Position numbers and translations under genes: made by a program. The notes under the pieces were generated by a model that searched no databases, was not told where the DNA came from, and saw nothing but the letters and a program-made list of their open reading frames with translations. Below, piece after piece: positions 63,140 through 64,000 of a DNA stretch of 64,000 nucleotides (positions within the stretch are counted from its first letter, which is position 1; every line of letters starts with the position of its first letter). Source of the stretch: Octopus sinensis (lineage: Eukaryota); the NCBI RefSeq assembly GCF_006345805.1, contig NC_043012.1:16244001-16308000 (forward strand). Direction: 5' to 3'.

Positions 63140-64000
63140 TGTCTTGCAAACAACTTGCACATGCAAGTGCTACCAGTTAAAAGCTCCGTATATCGGAAGC
63201 TAGCAAGTGTATGGGGTCATCAGGAGAGAATGCGCGCCGTTTCGGGGCCTACCTCTCGACGGCATCAATGCGCACCGGCCCCCCTCACTGATATAAGGCC
63301 CCGCTTGCTAGATCAGCTGGTTATGAAGAACTCAATATACTTCTAGCCATCGCTCATCGTCTCTTTTTAAGCAAATCCAGTGGTTAGCCTTCTCCACTGT
63401 AGATTGGATATCAGTCATGGTGGTATTGACTTTACGATGAGTTAGGCCTAACGATAACAACAGTCGTCTCACGCTGTGTCCTACAAACCCTCTACATCCG
63501 ACTTCGATAGGAAAATGTTCCGCTTTCCAGCCTGCGCCTTCACATTCCTCGAGGAGGTTTTCATAACGGTTTAATTTTCGAGCTCGAGCGGCGTCCATAT
63601 TATCTTCGTGAGGAACCGTTAGCTCGACTATATTTACAACTTTCTTTCGTTCACACCACATCAAAATATCTGGTTTTTTCGAAACTGGGATGGGAAAGAA
63701 AACTTGGCACCCAGGTAAATCTGTAGTTACCTCCCAATAGCCGTTCCACTTTTCATTTTTCTCAGGAAGTTTCTTGGTCTTCTTCTTGAAACGGATCTGC
63801 TGACCTGGTCGCACGAAGGTAATGAACTCTCTTGATGGTACTTTTAACGATTTTTCCTCAGTGTTGTTGAGATGAATTTGGTTCTTTATAGCATTGAAGA
63901 TAACCTTAAGGACCAAGTTGTGCCTCCATGTGTACCTGTTCAATGCTAATGAACAGTTGGAAAGAATATGTTTTAGTGTACCGACTTTTCCACATTTGCA
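63140..64000 (-). mobile_element. 3' end of a restriction-like-endonuclease LINE (HERO/NeSL-like), continuing beyond the window
   Basis: Frame open from the window edge to 63332: CKCGKVGTLKHILSNC, RYTWRHN, KPDILMW, VELTVP, PIEVGCRGF. The 3'UTR abuts (TA)n. Confidence 0.85.

Noticed and set aside
63200-63290. CGAAAC...CTGATGA in the HERO-like 3'UTR, considered as a type II hammerhead
   Set aside because: The base after CTGATGA and the base before GAAA are both C, so stem II cannot close; no NUH/helix III was found.

Overview
AT-rich, microsatellite-dense eukaryotic DNA. It is most likely an octopus (cephalopod) genome, judged from my recollection of the tRNA-derived SINE families, not from a search. 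I recognise no host protein-coding gene; nearly all explainable sequence is transposon-derived. The dominant signal is a Tx1/L1-group non-LTR retrotransposon family present about 9 times between 1 and 47 kb. These are two full-length ORF1+ORF2 elements (12943-18288 minus; ~39460-44670 plus), five ORF1-only elements with no ORF2, one 3'-truncated ORF1 copy and one split ORF1 fragment. The seven copies with an intact 3' end share a ~40-nt tail (TGTCCC..CTATGT..AGCCCCTWGTGGGYAATAAA) that is also the 3' end of the abundant local tRNA-derived SINE. Four elements (36.1-46.6 kb) are stacked head-to-tail at one site inside the ORF1 of an older family member, and that fragment lies between Helitron-like 5' and 3' termini. 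The 12.9-18.3 kb element is inserted into the SINE that shares its tail, with a perfect 16-bp TSD. Also present: a three-copy ~2.43-kb tandem array carrying a hAT remnant; RTE, R4/Dong-like, Penelope, Gypsy and HERO-like fragments; Penelope-type termini with minimal hammerhead-like motifs; and many SINEs. Many frameshifts are single-base homopolymer losses and may be sequencing errors. Most repeat boundaries are approximate, estimated by eye.
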